Program-made: the position numbers and the translations under genes | Notes under the pieces: model-generated | Databases searched by the model: none | The model's input: only the letters and a program-made list of their open reading frames with translations | What the model was told of the DNA's origin: nothing | Source: the human T2T-CHM13v2.0 reference genome, Homo sapiens | DNA: 64,000 nt | NCBI RefSeq assembly: GCF_009914755.1 | Contig: NC_060942.1 | Strand: one strand, 5' to 3' | In this document: piece by piece, positions 28,471 through 46,584 of the stretch | Layout of the letters: each line of letters opens with the position of its first letter | How positions within the stretch are numbered: position 1 is the stretch's first letter

Positions 28471-31400
28471 CCATGTCATCTTCTAATAATGATAGTTTTG
28501 TACCTTTCTTTTTCATTTTTATTTCTGTTAATTTTTGTCTTACTGCATTTGTTAATCTTTCCTATATAATGAGGAATGGAGCACTGATGGAAGACATTCT
28601 TCTTTATTACCAACTTGAGTGGAATGCTTCTGAAGTTTCAAAAATAAGAATGATGTTTATTGTAGGTTTTTGATTGATTTATTTTATCAGGCTAAAGTAG
28701 TTCTTTTCCTATTTTGCCAAAATTTTTATCATGACTAAATTTATTTCTTACTGAACGCTTTTTCTGTATTTGTTTATCATATTTTTTCCCATAAGCTATT
28801 AATATGATGTATTACATTACTAGATTGTCTATAACTGAGCTATATATTTGGTATCTTAAGGAAAAAGTACACTTGGCAATGACTTTCTAATACATTGCTG
28901 GGTTTGGTTTGCTAATATTTTAGTGATGTTTGTGTCTGTTTTTATCAGTGAGAGTGATTATAGCCCATTGTTATTAAATTATTCTTGTTCAAGTTCAAGT
29001 ACCCAGGATATTAACATACATTAATTATTGTTATTTTGAACTGTTACCTATGCATGTTACGCATTCCTTTATATATATGATGTGTATAACATAGAAAAAA
29101 GACTAGCTTTCCAACTCTACTGTGACATAGTAAGTTTTTTGTTTGTTTGTTTGTTTTGTTTGTTTGTTTTTTAGCAATAACGATGATTGATGCAGGAATC
29201 CAATTTGATGCTAACTCCTAGAGGCTAATGAGATTTGACACTCTATGCTGATATCTTTACAGAATGAGCCTTCATGCTTGTCTGTCTATTTCTAAAGGAT
29301 TGAAGGTAGCTTAGAGAACAATGACCCACGATGTGGATGATCCAGAAGTACAGAAATCTTTCAAAATAATTTACAGAGTGTCCCTGGGGCCTTGGATGTG
29401 ATCGCCCCCATTCAGGCTCTTCCATAAAAAACTTGCTCAGTGCACATACTATTGGTGGCACTGATAATGATGAAGAAAGTCTTCATGTTATAAAAAGATT
29501 TCTAAGACCCAGGCACTTCCTTGATCCAACCAAATTCTAGTGTCATTAAAATTCTTTTTTTTGTTGTTTTGGTTTTTTTGAGACACGTTCTCACTGTGTC
29601 ACCCAGGCTGGAGTGCAGTGACACAATCTCAGCTCACTGCAACCTCCATCTCCTGGGCTCAAGCCTCAAGCGATCCTGCTACCTCAGCCTCCGGAGTAGC
29701 TGGGACCACAGGCATGTGCCACCACATCCAGCTAATTTTTGATATTTTCAGTAGAGATGGGGTTTTGCCATGTTGCCCAGGCTGGTCTGAAACTCCTGAG
29801 CTCAAGCGATCCACCTGCCTCGGCCTCTGAAATTGCTGAGATTCCAGGTATGAGCCACCATGCCTGACCTTAAAATTATTGTATATTTCATAATAATGAG
29901 CTTTGATTTACAGTTATTCCTTTTTAATTTTGAACAGATACAGTAATTGTACATATTTATGGTGTACAATGTGATACTTTGATACATGCATACAATATGT
30001 AATAATAAAATCAGTGTAATGATCAAATCAGTGTAATTATATAGCATATTCATCACCTCAAATATTTATCATTTCTTTGTGTTGAGGATGTTTAAAATCC
30101 TCTTTTCTAGCTATTTTGAAATATTTAATAAATTATTGTTAACCATAGTCACCCTATTGTGCTACAGAATACTAGACCTTATTCCTCCTATATACCTGTA
30201 ATTTTGTACCCATTAACCAACCTCTCCCTATCCCCTTCTTTATCCTACCCGTCCCTGCTTTTGGTAACCACTATTCTACTCTTTACTTCTATGAGATCAA
30301 CTTAAAAAATTCCCACATATGAGTGAGAACATGCAGTATTTGTCTTTTTATGCCTGGCTTATTTTACTTAACATAATGTCCTTCAGGCTCATCCATGTTG
30401 CTGCAAATAACATAATTTCCTTCTTTTTTATGGCTGAATAATATTCCATTACACACACACACACACACACACACCATTTTCTTTATCCATTCATTAATTG
30501 ATGAACACTTAAGTTGATTCCATAACTTGGCTACTGTGAATAGTGCTGCAATAAAAATGGGAATGCAGATATATCTTAAACATACTGATTTTCCTCTCCT
30601 TCGTTATTATTATTATTATCACTTCAATAGTTTTTGGGAAACAGGTGGTGTTTAGGTACATGGGTAAGTTCTTTAGGTGTGATTTCTGAGATTTTGGTGT
30701 ACTCATCACCCGAGCAGTGTACACTGCACCCAGTTGATAATCTTTTATCTCTCAACTCCCCTCCACCCTTTTCTGCAAGTCTCCAGAGTCCATTATGTCA
30801 TTCTTATGTCTTTATATCCCCATAGCTTAGTTTCCACTTATAAGAGAGAACATACAATGTTTGTTTTCCATTCCTGAATTACTTCCCTAAAAATAATGGT
30901 CTCCAACTCTATCCAGATTGTTGCAAATGCCATTATTTAGTTCCTTTTAATGGCTGAGTAGTATTCCATGGTGTTTGTGTGTTTGTATACCCACATCATA
31001 TTTTCTTTATCCACGCATTGGCTGATGAGCATTTAGGCTGGTTCCATATTTTTGCAATTGTGAATTGTGCTGCTATAAACATATGTGCACAAGTGTCTTT
31101 TTTATATAATGACTTCTTTTCCTCTGGGTAAATACCCAGTAGTAGGGTTGCTGGATCAAATTGTGGTTCTACTTTTAGTTCTTTAAGGAAACTCCATATT
31201 GTTTTCCATAGTGGTTTTACTAGTTTACATTCCCACCAGCAGTGTAAAGTGTTCCCTTTTCACCACATCTATGCCAGCATCGACTATTTTTCAATTTTTA
31301 AATTATGGTCATTCTTGCAGGAGTAAGGTGGTATTATATTGTGGTTTTGATTTGCATTTCCCTGATAATTAGTAATGATGAGCATTTTCTCATGTTTGTT

Positions 31401-32932
31401 GGCCATTTGTATATCTTCTTTTGAAAAATTTCCATTCATGTCCTTAGCCCACTTTTTGATGAGATTATTTGGTTTTTGTTGCTGATTTGTTTGAGTTCCT
31501 TGTAGATTCTGGATATTAGTCCTTCGTCAGATGCGTGGTTTGCAAATATTCTCTCTCACTTTGTGGATTGTCTCTTTACTTTTCTGGGTATTTCTTTTGC
31601 TGTGCAGAAGCTTTTTAAATTAGGTCCCATCTATTTATCTTTGTTTTAGTTGCATTTACTTTTGGGTTCTTGGTCATGAATTCTTTGCTTACCGCAATAT
31701 CTAGAAGGGTTTTTCCAATGTTACCTTCTAGGATTTTTATGGTTTCATGTCTTAGATTTAAGTCTTTGATCCATCTTCAGTTGATTTTTGTATAAGGTGA
31801 GAGATAAGGATCCATTTTCATGTTTTTACATGTGGCTGGCCAGTTATCCCAGCACCATTTGTTGAATAGGGTGTCCTTTCCCCACTTTGTTTTTGTTTGC
31901 TTTGTCGAAGATCAGTTGGCTGTAAGTATTTGGCTTTATTTCTGGGTTCTTTATTCTGTTCCATTGGTCTGTGTGCCTGCTTTAATACCAGTGCCATGCT
32001 GTTTTGGTAACAGTAGCCTTGTATTATAGTTTGAAGTTGGGTAATGTGATGCCTTCAGATTTTTCTTTTTGCTTAGTCTTGCTTTGGCTAAGTGGGCTGT
32101 TTTTTTGTTTCCATACGAATTTTAGGATCATTTTTTCCTAGTTCTGTGAATAATGATGACGGCATTTTGATGGGAATTGCACTGAATTTGTATATTTCTT
32201 TTAACAGCATGGTCATTTTCACAATATTGATTCTAGCCATCCATGAGCATTAGTCCATTTGTATTGTTGTGTTAGCCTGTTTTCACACTGCTATAAAGAA
32301 ATACCTGAGACTGGGTAATTTATAAAGGAAAGAGGTTCAATTGACTCACAGTTTTAAATGGCTGGGGAAGCCTCAGGAAACTTACAATTATGGTGGAAGG
32401 CAAAGGGAAATGAGGACCTTCTTCACATGGTGGCAAGAGAGAGAAGGGCAAAGGAGGAACTTCCAAACATTTATAAAACCATCAGATCTCATAAGAACTT
32501 ACTCACTATCATGCAAACAGCATGGAGGAAACTGTCCCCATGATCCAATCACCTCCCTCCCTTGATATCTAGGGATCACAACTTGAGATGAGATTTGGAT
32601 GGGGATACAGAGCCACACCATATTATTCTGCCCCTGGCCCCTCCCAAATCTCATGTCTTTTAACATTTCAAAACCAATCATGCCTTCTCAACAGTACCCC
32701 AAAATCAATTTTTTTTAATTTTTTTATTATTATACTTTAAGTTTTAGGGTACATGTGCACATTGTGCAGGTTAGTTACATATGTATACATGTGCCATGCT
32801 GGTGTGCTGCACCCACTAACTCATCATCTAGCATTAGGTATATCTCCCAATGCTATCCCTCCCCCCTCCCCCCACCCACAACAGTCCCCAGAGTGTGATG
32901 TTCCCCTTCCTGTGTCCATGTGATCTCATTGT

Positions 32933-36786
<3,854 letters not shown>

Positions 36787-36822
36787 TTACTTGATGCAGT
36801 TTCTTCCTAGACTTGATGATCG

Positions 36823-37839
36823 TTACATTTTGGCATGATTTTGCAGCGGCTGGTACCAGTTGTTCCTTTCCATGTTTAGCGCTTCCTTCAGGAGCTCTTT
36901 TAGGGCAGGCCTGGTGGTGACAAAATCTCTCAGCATTTGCTTGTCTGTAAAGTATTTTATTTCTCCTTCACTTATGAAGCTTAGTTTGGCTGGATATGAA
37001 ATTCTGGGTTGAAAATTCTTTTCTTTAAGAATGTTAAATATTGGCCCCCACTCTCTTCTGGCTTGTAGGGTTTCTGCCAAGAGATCCGCTGTTAGTCTGA
37101 TGGGCTTCCCTTTGAGGGTAACCCGACCTTTCTCTCTGGCTGCCCTTAAAATTTTTTCCTTCATTTCAACTTTGGTGAATCTGACAATTATGTGTCTTGG
37201 AGTTGCTCTTCTCGAGGAATATCTTTGTGGCGTTCTCTGTATTTCCTGAATCTGAATGTTGGCCTGCCTTGCTAGATTGGGGAAATTCTCCTGGATAATA
37301 TCCTGCAGAGTGTTTTCCAACTTGGTTCCATTCTCCCCATCACTTTCAGGTACACCAATCAGACGTAGATTTGGTCTTTTCACATAGTCCCATATTTCTT
37401 GGAGGCTTTGCTCGTTTCTTTTTATTCTTTTTTCTCTAAATTTTCCTTCTTGCTTCATTTCATTCATTTCATCTTCCATTGCTGATACTCTTTCTTCCAG
37501 TTGATCACATCGGCTCCTGAGGCTTCTGCATTCTTCGCGTAGTTCTCGAGCCTTGGTTTTCAGCTCCATCAGCTCCTTTAAGCACTTCTCTGTATTGGTT
37601 ATTCTAGTTATACATTCTTCTAAATTTTTTTCAAAGTTTTCAACTTCTTTGCCTTTGGTTTGAATGTCCTCCCGTAGCTCAGAGTAATTTGATCGTCTGA
37701 AGCCTTCTTCTCTCAGCTCGTCAAAGTCATTCTCCTTCCAGCTTTGTTCCGTTGCTGGTGAGGAGCTGCGTTCCTTTGGAGGAGGAGAGGTGCTCTGATT
37801 TTTAGAGTTTCCAGTTTTTCTGTTCTGTTTTTTCCCCAT
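36823..37839 (-). CDS. L1 ORF1p, intact, 338 aa (RNA-binding chaperone)
   Basis: Full-length ORF MGKKQNRK...HAKM with the REKG, ARR and YPAKLS motifs preserved. Confidence 0.93.
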   Translation of the reverse strand: MGKKQNRKTGNSKNQSTSPPPKERSSSPATEQSWKENDFDELREEGFRRSNYSELREDIQTKGKEVENFEKNLEECITRITNTEKCLKELMELKTKARELREECRSLRSRCDQLEERVSAMEDEMNEMKQEGKFREKRIKRNEQSLQEIWDYVKRPNLRLIGVPESDGENGTKLENTLQDIIQENFPNLARQANIQIQEIQRTPQRYSSRRATPRHIIVRFTKVEMKEKILRAAREKGRVTLKGKPIRLTADLLAETLQARREWGPIFNILKEKNFQPRISYPAKLSFISEGEIKYFTDKQMLRDFVTTRPALKELLKEALNMERNNWYQPLQNHAKM

Positions 37840-38742
37840 CTTTGTGGTTTTATCTACTTTTGGTCTTTGATGATGGTGATGTACAGATGGGTTTTTGGTG
37901 TGGATGTCCTTTCTGTTTGTTAGTTTTCCTTCGAACAGACAGGACCCTCAGCTGCAGGTCTGTTGGAGTACCCTGCAGTGTGAGGTGTCAGTGTGCCCCT
38001 GCTGGGGGGTGCCTCCCAGTTAGGCTGCTCGGGGGTCAGGGGTCAGGGACCCACTTGAGGAGGCAGTCTGCCCGTTCTCAGATCTCCAGCTGCGTGCTGG
38101 GAGAACCACTACTCTCTTCAAAGCTGTCAGACAGGGACATTTAAGTCTGCAGAGGTTACTGCTGTCTTTTTGTTTGTCTGTGCCCTGCCCCCAGAGGTGG
38201 AGCCTACAGAGGCAGGCAGGCCTCCTTGAGCTGTGGTGGGCTCCACCCAGTTCGAGCTTCCCAGCTGCTTTGTTTACCTAAGCAAGCTGGGCAATGGTGG
38301 GCGCCCCTCCCCCAGCCTCGCTGCCGCCTTGCAGTTTGATCTCAGACTGCTGTGCTAGCAATCAGCGAGATTCCATGGGGTAGGACCCTCCGAGCCAGGT
38401 GCAGGATATAATCTCGTGGTGCGCCGTTTTTTAAGCCCATCGGAAAAGCGCAGTATTCGGGTGGGAATGACCCGATTCTCCAGGTGCCGTCCGTCACCCC
38501 TTTCTTTGATTAGGAAAGGGAACTCCCTGACCCCTTGTGCTTCCCGAGTGAGGCAATGCCTCGCCCTGCTTCGGCTCGCGCACGGTGCGTGCACCCACTG
38601 ACCTGCACCCACTGTCTGGCACTCCCTAGTGAGATGAACCCAGTACCTCAGATGAAAATGCAGAAATCACCCGTCTTCTGCGTCGCTCAGGCTGGGAGCT
38701 GTAGACCGGAGCTGTTCCTATTCGGCCATCTTGGCTCCTCCC
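37840..38742. promoter_or_regulatory. L1 5'UTR: internal sense promoter (firing on -) and antisense promoter (firing on +); most CpG-rich segment of the window
   Basis: YY1 site (AAGATGGCC on -) at the 5' end and retained CpGs. Promoter activity is inferred from the L1PA family, not observed. Confidence 0.7.
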
Positions 38743-41700
38743 AACAAAGTCCCCAGAATCTTAACTCATTTCAGCATTAACTCAAAAGTCCACAGTCCAA
38801 AGTCTCATCTGAGACAAGGCAAGTCCCTTCCACCTAGGAGCCTGTCAAAGAAAAAACAAGTTAGTTCCTTCCAAGATATAATGGGGTACAAGAATTGGGT
38901 AAATATACCCATTTTAAATGGGAGAAATTGGCCAAAACAAATGGTCTGCAGTCTCCTTGTAAGTCTGAAATCCAGCAGGGCAGGCATTAAATCTTAAAGG
39001 TTCAAAATGATCTTCTTTGACTCCATGTCTCACATCCAGATCACACTGATGCAAGAGGTGGGCTCCCATGGCCTTGGGCAGCTTCTTCATGGGCTGAAGT
39101 TGAGTGATGGGGCTTTTCCAGGTGCAAAGTGTAAGCTGTTGGTGGATCTATCATTCTGGGGTCTGGAGGACAGTGGCCCTCTTCTCACAGCTCCACTAGG
39201 CAGTGCCCCTGTGGGGACTCTGTGGAATCTCCAATTTCACATTACCCATCTGTGCTGCTCTAGCAGAGGTTCTGCATGAGGGATCCACCCCTGTGCAGAC
39301 TTCTGTCTGGATATCCAGGCATTTTCTTACATCCTCTGAAATCTAGGTGGAGGTTACCAAATCTCAGTTCTTGACTTTTGTGTACCCACAGGCCCAATAC
39401 CACATGGAAGCCACCAAGGCTTGGGGCTTGCACCCTCTGAAGCAATAGCCCAAGTTGTACCTTGGCCCTTTTAGCCACAGCTGGATTGCGAGTGGCCAGA
39501 ATGCAGGGCACCAAATCCTGAGGCTACACACAGCAGTGGGGCCCTGAGCCTGACCCGCGAAGCCATTTTTTTCCTCCTAGGCCTCCGGGCCGTGATGAGA
39601 AGGGCTGCTACCAGGATCTCTGACATGCCCTGGAGACAGTTTTCCCCATTGCTTTGGCAATTAACATTTGGCTCCTGGTTACTTATGCAAATTTCTACAG
39701 CAGCGTTGAATTTCTTTTCTGTAGCACAGACTGTGAATTTTCCAAACTCTTATGCTCTGCTACCCTCCCCTTTTAAATATAAGTTCCAATTTCAGATCAT
39801 CTCTCTCAAGTTGAAAGTTCCACAGATCTCTAGGGCAGGGGCAAAATGCTACCAGTCTCTTTGCTAAAGCATAGCAAGGTGACCTTTGATCCACTTCCCC
39901 ACAAGTTCCTCATCTCTATCTGAGACTACCTTAGCCTGGACTTCACTGTCCACATCACTATCGGCATTTTGGTCAAAACCATTCAACAAGTCTCTAGGAA
40001 GTTCCAAACTTTCTGACATCTTCCTGTCTTCTTAGCCCTCCAAACTGTTCTAACCTCTCCCCATTACCTAGTTCCAAAGTCTCTTCCACATTTTCAAGTA
40101 TCTTTGTAGCCATGCCCCAAACTCCTGGTACCAATTTACTGTATTAGTCCATTGTCACACTGCTATAAAGAAATATCTGAGACTGGGTAATTTATAAAGG
40201 AAGCAGTTTAATTGACTCACAGTTCCACATGGCTGGAGAGGCCTCAAGAAACTTACAATCATGGTGGAAGGTGAAGGGGAAGCAAGGACATTTTTCACAT
40301 GGTGGCAGGAGAGAGAAGGGGGTAGGAGGAACTTCCAAACACTTATAAAACCATCAGATCTCATGAGAACTCACTGTCATGAGAATATCAGAGGGAAAAC
40401 TGCCCCTGTGATCCAATCACCTTCCTCCCTTTATGAGTGGGGATTAGAATTCAAGATGAGATTTGGATGGGGACATAGAGCCAAACCATATCAGATTTGT
40501 TTCCATTTGTTTGTGTCATCTATGATTTCTTTCAGCAGTGTTTTATTGTTTTCCTTGTAGGTATCTTTTCCTCCTTGGTTAGGTATATTGCTAAGTATTT
40601 TAATTTTTTTTTGCAGCTGTGGTAAAAGGGAATGAGTTCTTGATTTGATTCTCAGCTTGGTCACTGTTGGTGTGTAGCAGTGCTACTGATTTGTGTACGT
40701 TGATTTTGTATCCTGAAACTTTACTAACTTCATTTATCAGATCTGGGAGCTTTTTGGATGAGTCTTTAAGGTTTTTTAGGTATACAGTTATATCATTGGC
40801 AAACAGGGACAGTTTGACATCCTCTTTACCGATTTGGATGCCCTTCATTTCTTTCTCTTGTCTGATTGCTCTGGCTACAACTTTGCTGAGGGTTTTAATC
40901 ATAAAGCGTTGCTGGATTTTGTTAAATGTTTTTTCTGCATCTATTGAGATAATCACATGATTTTTGTTTTTACTCCTGTTTATGTGGCATATCACATTTA
41001 TTGACTTGTGTAAGTTAAACCAACTCTGCATCACTGGTATGAAACCCAGTTGATCATGGTGTCTTATCTTTATGATATGCTGTTGAATTTAGTTAGCTAG
41101 GATTTTGTTGAGGATTTTTGCATCTATATTCATCAGGGATATTTGTCTGTAGTTTTCTTTTTTTTTTGTTATGTCCTTTCCTGGTTTTGGTATTAGGGTG
41201 ATACTGGCTTTATAGAATGATTTAGGGAGGATTCCCTCTGTCTCTGCCTTTTGAAATAGTTTCAGTAGGATTGGTACCAGTTCTTCTTTGAATGTCTGAC
41301 AGAATTCAGCTGTGAATCCATCTGGTCCTGGACTTTTTTTATGTTGGCAGTTTTTTTATTACCATTTCAGTCTCGCTACTTGTTATTGGTCTGTTCATAG
41401 TTTCTATTTCTTCCTGGTTTAATCTAGGAGGGTTGTATATTTCCAGGAATTTATCCATCTTCTCTAGGTTTTCTAGTTTGTGTGCATAAAGGTGTTCATA
41501 GTTGCCTTGAATGATCTTTTGTATTTCTGTGGTTTCAATTGTAATATTGCCCATTTCATTTCTAATTGATCTTATTTGAATCTTCTCTCTTCTTTTCTTG
41601 GTTAATCACACTAATGATCTATTGGTTTTGTTTATTTTTTCAAAGAACCAGCTTTTTGTTGTATTTATCTTTTGTGTTGTTTTTTGTTTGTTTCAATTTC

Positions 41701-44700
41701 ATTTAGTGTTACTCTGATCTTTGTTATTTCTTTTTTTTTCTGTTTGGTTTGGGTTTGATTTTTTCTTTATTCTCTAGTTTTTTGAGGTGTGACCTTAGAT
41801 TATTTATTTGTGCTCTTTCAGACTTTTTGATGTAGGCATTTACTGCTATGAACTTTCCTTTTAGCAGTACTTTTGCTGTATCCCACAGGTTGTGATTGGT
41901 TGTGTCACTGTTATCATTCAGTTCAAAGAATTTTTTAAATTCCATCTTGATTTCATTGTTGACCCAAGGATCAGTCAGGAGCAGATTATTTAATTTCCAT
42001 GTCTTTGTATAGTTTCGAGAGTTCTTTTTGGAGTTAATTTCCAATTTTGTTCCACTGTGGTCTGAAAGGGTACTTGATCTAATTTCAATTTTCTTAAATG
42101 TATTGAGACTTGTTTTATGGCCATGATATGGTTCATCTTGGAGAATATTACATGTGCCAGTTAAAAGAATGTATATTCTGCAGTTGTTGGGTAGAATTTT
42201 CATAAATATCTGTTAAGTCCATTTGTTTTAGGGTATAGTTTAAGTCCATTGTTTCTTTGTTGACCTGTCTTGATGACCTGTCTAATGCTGTCAGTGGAGT
42301 ATTGAAGTCTCCCACTATTATTGTGTTGTCATGTATCTCATTTCTTAGGTCTAGTAGCAATTGTTTTATAAATTTGAGAACTCCAATTCCGGTGTTAGGT
42401 GTATATAGATTTAGAATTGGGACACTTTCCTGTTGGACTGTTCTTTTTATTATTATATAATATTCCTCTTTGTCTTTTTAAACTGTTGTTGCTTTAAAGT
42501 TTGTTTTGTCTGCTATAAGAATAGCTACTCCTGCTCACTTTTGGTTTCCATTTTCATGGAATATCTTTTTCCACCCCTTTCATCAAGTTTATATGAGTCC
42601 TTGTGTGTTAGGTGAGTCTCTTGAAGACAGTAGATACTTGGTTGGTGGATTTTTATCCATTCTGCCATTCTGCCTCTTTTAAGTGGAACATTTAGGCCAT
42701 TTACATTCAAACATTACTATTGAGATATGAGGTACTGTTCTATTCATCATGCTAGTTGTTGCCTGAATACCTTTTTTTTATTGTGTTATTGTTTTATAAG
42801 CTGTGTGAGCTTTATGCTTTAAGGAAGTTCTATTTTTGGTGTATTTCAAAGTTTTGTTTTAAGATTTAGGACTTCTTTTACCATTTTTTTTGTAGTGCTG
42901 GATTGTAGTCACAAATTTTGTCAGCATTTCTTTTTCTAAAAACGACTTTATCTTTCCTTCATTTATGAAGCTTTGTTTCACTGGATGCAAAATTCTTGGC
43001 TGATATTTATTTTGTTTAAGGAGGCTGAAGATAGGACCCCAATCCCTTCTGACTTGCAAGGTTTCTGCTGAGAAATCTGCTGTTAATCTGTTAGGTTTTC
43101 CTTTTGGGTTACTGATGCTTTTGCCTCACAGCTCTTTAGATTCTTTCCTTCATCTTGACTTTAGCTAACCTGATGACTATGTGCCTAGGTAATAATCCTT
43201 TTGCTATGAATTTCCCAGGTGTTCTTTAAGCTTTTTATATGTGGATGTCTAGATCTCTAGTGAGATCAGAGAAGTTTTCCTTGATTATTCCCTCAAATAA
43301 GTTTTCCAAAGTTTTAGATTTCTCTTCTTCCTCAGGGACACCAATTATTCTTATGTTTGGTCATGTAAAATAATCCAAAATTTCATGGAGACTTTGTTCA
43401 TTTTTTAAAATTCTTTTTTATTTGTCTTTTGGATTGGGTTAATTTGAAAGCGTTGTCTTTGGGCTCTGAAGTTCTTTCTTCTACTTTTTCAATACTATTG
43501 CTGAAACTTTCCTGTGTATTTTGCATTTCTCTAAGTGTGTCTTTCATTTCCAGAAGTTGTGATCATCTTTTCTTTATGATATCTATTTCTCTGGAGACTT
43601 TTTCATCCATATCCTGTATTTTTTTAAATTTCTTTAAATTAGTTTTCACTTTTCTCTGGTGCCTCCTTAAGTAGCTTAATAGTCAACCTTCTGAATTCTT
43701 TTTCTGGCAATTCAGAGATTTCCTCTTGGTTTAGATCCATTGCTGGAGAGCTAGAGTGATCTTTTGATGGTGTTATAGAACCTTGTTTTATCATATTACC
43801 AGAATGACTTTTCTGGTTACTTCTTGTTTGGGGAGACTGTTTCTGTGGGAAGATATGGGACTCAAGGGCTGCTATTCACATTCTTTTGTCCCAGGGGTGC
43901 TCCCTTGATGTGGTGCTCTCCCCCTTCCTCTAAGGATACGGCTTCTAAAAAGCCAGACTGCAGTGATTGTTATTGCCTTTCTGGTTCTAGCCATTTAGCA
44001 GGATTCTGGGGCTCCAGGGTGGTGCTAAGAACTGTCTGCAAAGAGTCCTGTGATGTGATTCATCTTCACGTCTTCCAGCTATGGATACCAGCACCTGCTC
44101 TAGTGAAGGTGGCGGGGAGTAAAGTGGACTCTGTTGGGAGTCCTTGGTTGTAGTTTTGTTTTAGTGTGCTGGTTTTAGTCCTTGGTTGTAGTTTTGTTTA
44201 GTGCGGTGGTTTTCTCAAATGCTGGTTATGCTAGCAGTGAAGTTGTCACATGGACAGACTCAGGACCTCTGGTTAACCAGGGTGTTGCAGGTGGTGAAAT
44301 TAGCTGTTGTTTTCTCCTTCTTTGGAGCAGAGTTGTTCTCTTATGAGTTGCTGTAATGGCTTGAGTTGATTGGCCTCCAGCCAGAAGGTGCTGCTTTCAA
44401 GAGAGCACCAGCTGCAGCAGTAGAAGGGGGATATAATTTTGCCCTGCCTTGGCTAGGATAGGTACTTGGCTTCCTCAGGTAATGAACAGGGCCATAGAGC
44501 TCCCAAGAGACCATGTCATTTGTCTTTGGCTATCAGGGCAAGTAGAGAGAAACCATCAGGTGGGGGCAGGTTAGGTGGGTCTGAGATCATACTCTCCTTG
44601 GGCAGGACTTGCTGTGGCCACTCTGGGGGTGGGGGGCTGGTTCTTGGGCAAATGGAGTTATGTTCCCAGGGGAATTATGGCTGTTTCTGCTGTGTCAAAT

Positions 44701-46505
44701 AGGTCTCCAGAGACATGGGGAAAAGCTGGCATTGAAAGACCTCACCCAGCTCCCACACAGCCAGCAAGGCCAGTCTCACTCCCACTGTGCCTCCCCAGCA
44801 GCACTGAGGTTTCTGTACAGGCATCTGGTAAGCAGGGCTGAGATCTTGCCCCAGGCTACAAGCCTCCTGCTGAGAAAGCAAGCAGGGCTCTCAGGCCTTG
44901 CTCCTCCCTGCCTGCCAGGACAGTTGGCTGCAGCTTCTACGCTTGTATCTTTACTTCCCATTTGTCTCCTCTTCTGCATTCTACTTAGGAAAGTTTGTGC
45001 TCAGTTAAAATCATTACAAAGTCAAGCTAGGAGCTTCCTTCACCCTGTGGCCCCTCTCCAATTCCACTGGCTGCCTTCCCTTCCCCAAGAACCCCTGTGA
45101 GATAAGTCCAGGAATGGCTTTCCTGGGGTTCAAGCTGGAGACCAGGAGTCCCTACAGGGCTCTTCCTGCTGCTGCTTCTACTTTTATATTTTGCTTGGCT
45201 GCCTAAATCCATTTCAGCTCTAGGTAAGGGTAAATCTTTCCCTTGTCATCTGGATTTTCAGGTTCCCCAATGGGGATGTGTGTTCGGAGACCAACTTCTC
45301 ACCTTCTCACACTTTGGGAACTCAAATTTTTGGCCATCTTGTGTTTGCAGCAGCAAGCTGCTTCTTTCAAAGTGTCTGTGAATTCTATCAGTTTTCCTGA
45401 TATGTTCCTGCAGCGGTTCATGCAGCAAAAGTTCACAGTGTGAGTCTCTACATGCTGTTCTGTCTGTCTAACTGGGAGCTGTACATTAGTCCTGTCTCCT
45501 ATCCACTGTTCTTTTTTTCCTCTGATTTTCCTTTCCTTTGGATAAATACCCAGAAGTGGGATTGCTGGATCATACGGTATTTTTATTTTTAGTTTTCTGA
45601 AGAACCTCAGTAGTGTTTTCCATGATGGCTGTACTAATTCACATTCCTACCAACAGTGTGTCAGAGTTCCCCTTTCTCTGCATCCTCACCAGCATTTGTT
45701 ATTTTTTGTCATTCTGGTAATAGCCATTCTAACTGGGGTAAGATCTCATTGTGGTTTTGGTTTGCATTCCCCTGATGATTAGTGATGTTGAACATTAAAA
45801 AAAAATTGATTAGCCATTTGCATGTCTTCTTTCAAGAAATATCTATTCAGATTATTTGCTCATTTAAAAAAATTGAATTACTTGTTTTTTTTCACTGTTG
45901 AGTTGTTGATTTCCTATTTGGTTATTAATCCCTTGCTGGATGGATGCTTTGCAAACATTTCCTCTCATTCTGTTGGTTGTCTCTTCATTCTGTTGTTTCC
46001 CTTGTTGTGCAGAAGCTTTTTAGTTTGCTATAATTCTGTTTCTCTATTTTGGCTTTTGAGGCTGATGCTTTTGAGGTCTCATCCAAAAATTGTTTGCCCA
46101 GACCAATGTCTTGAAGCAGTTCCCCAATGTTTTCTTCTAGTAGTTTAATAATTTGGGGTCTTAGATTTAAATCTCTAATCCATTTTGAGTTGATTTGTGT
46201 ATATGGTGAAAAATAGGGGTCTAGTTTTCTTCTTCTGCATATGGTTATCTAGTTTTCCCAGCATCATTTATTGAAGAGAACTCTTCTTGCTCCAATGTTT
46301 GTTCTTGACACCTTTGTCAGAAATCACCTGACTGTAAATGTGTGGATTTATATTTTGGTTCTGTATCCTGTCACATTGGTCTATGTGTCTATTTTTATGT
46401 CAGTACCATGCTGTTTTGGTTACTACAGCTTTGTAGTATATTTTGAAGTCAAGTAGCTGTTGTTTTTACATAATGATAAATTTGTTTTTAACCTTTGTTC
46501 ATTAG

Positions 46506-46584
46506 GGATGGAGCCTATAGAGGTGCCTCTTGAGGAAAATAGTGAACGGACTCAGATTCGCCAAAGCAGGGTCTGTGCTGACAG
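46506..46584 (+). CDS. MOCOS: MOCOS exon 10, 79 bp: (G)MEPIEVPLEENSERTQIRQSRVCAD(R)
   Basis: Acceptor cattag| and donor |gtgaga. Phases 1 and 2 fit exons 9 and 11. Confidence 0.93.
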
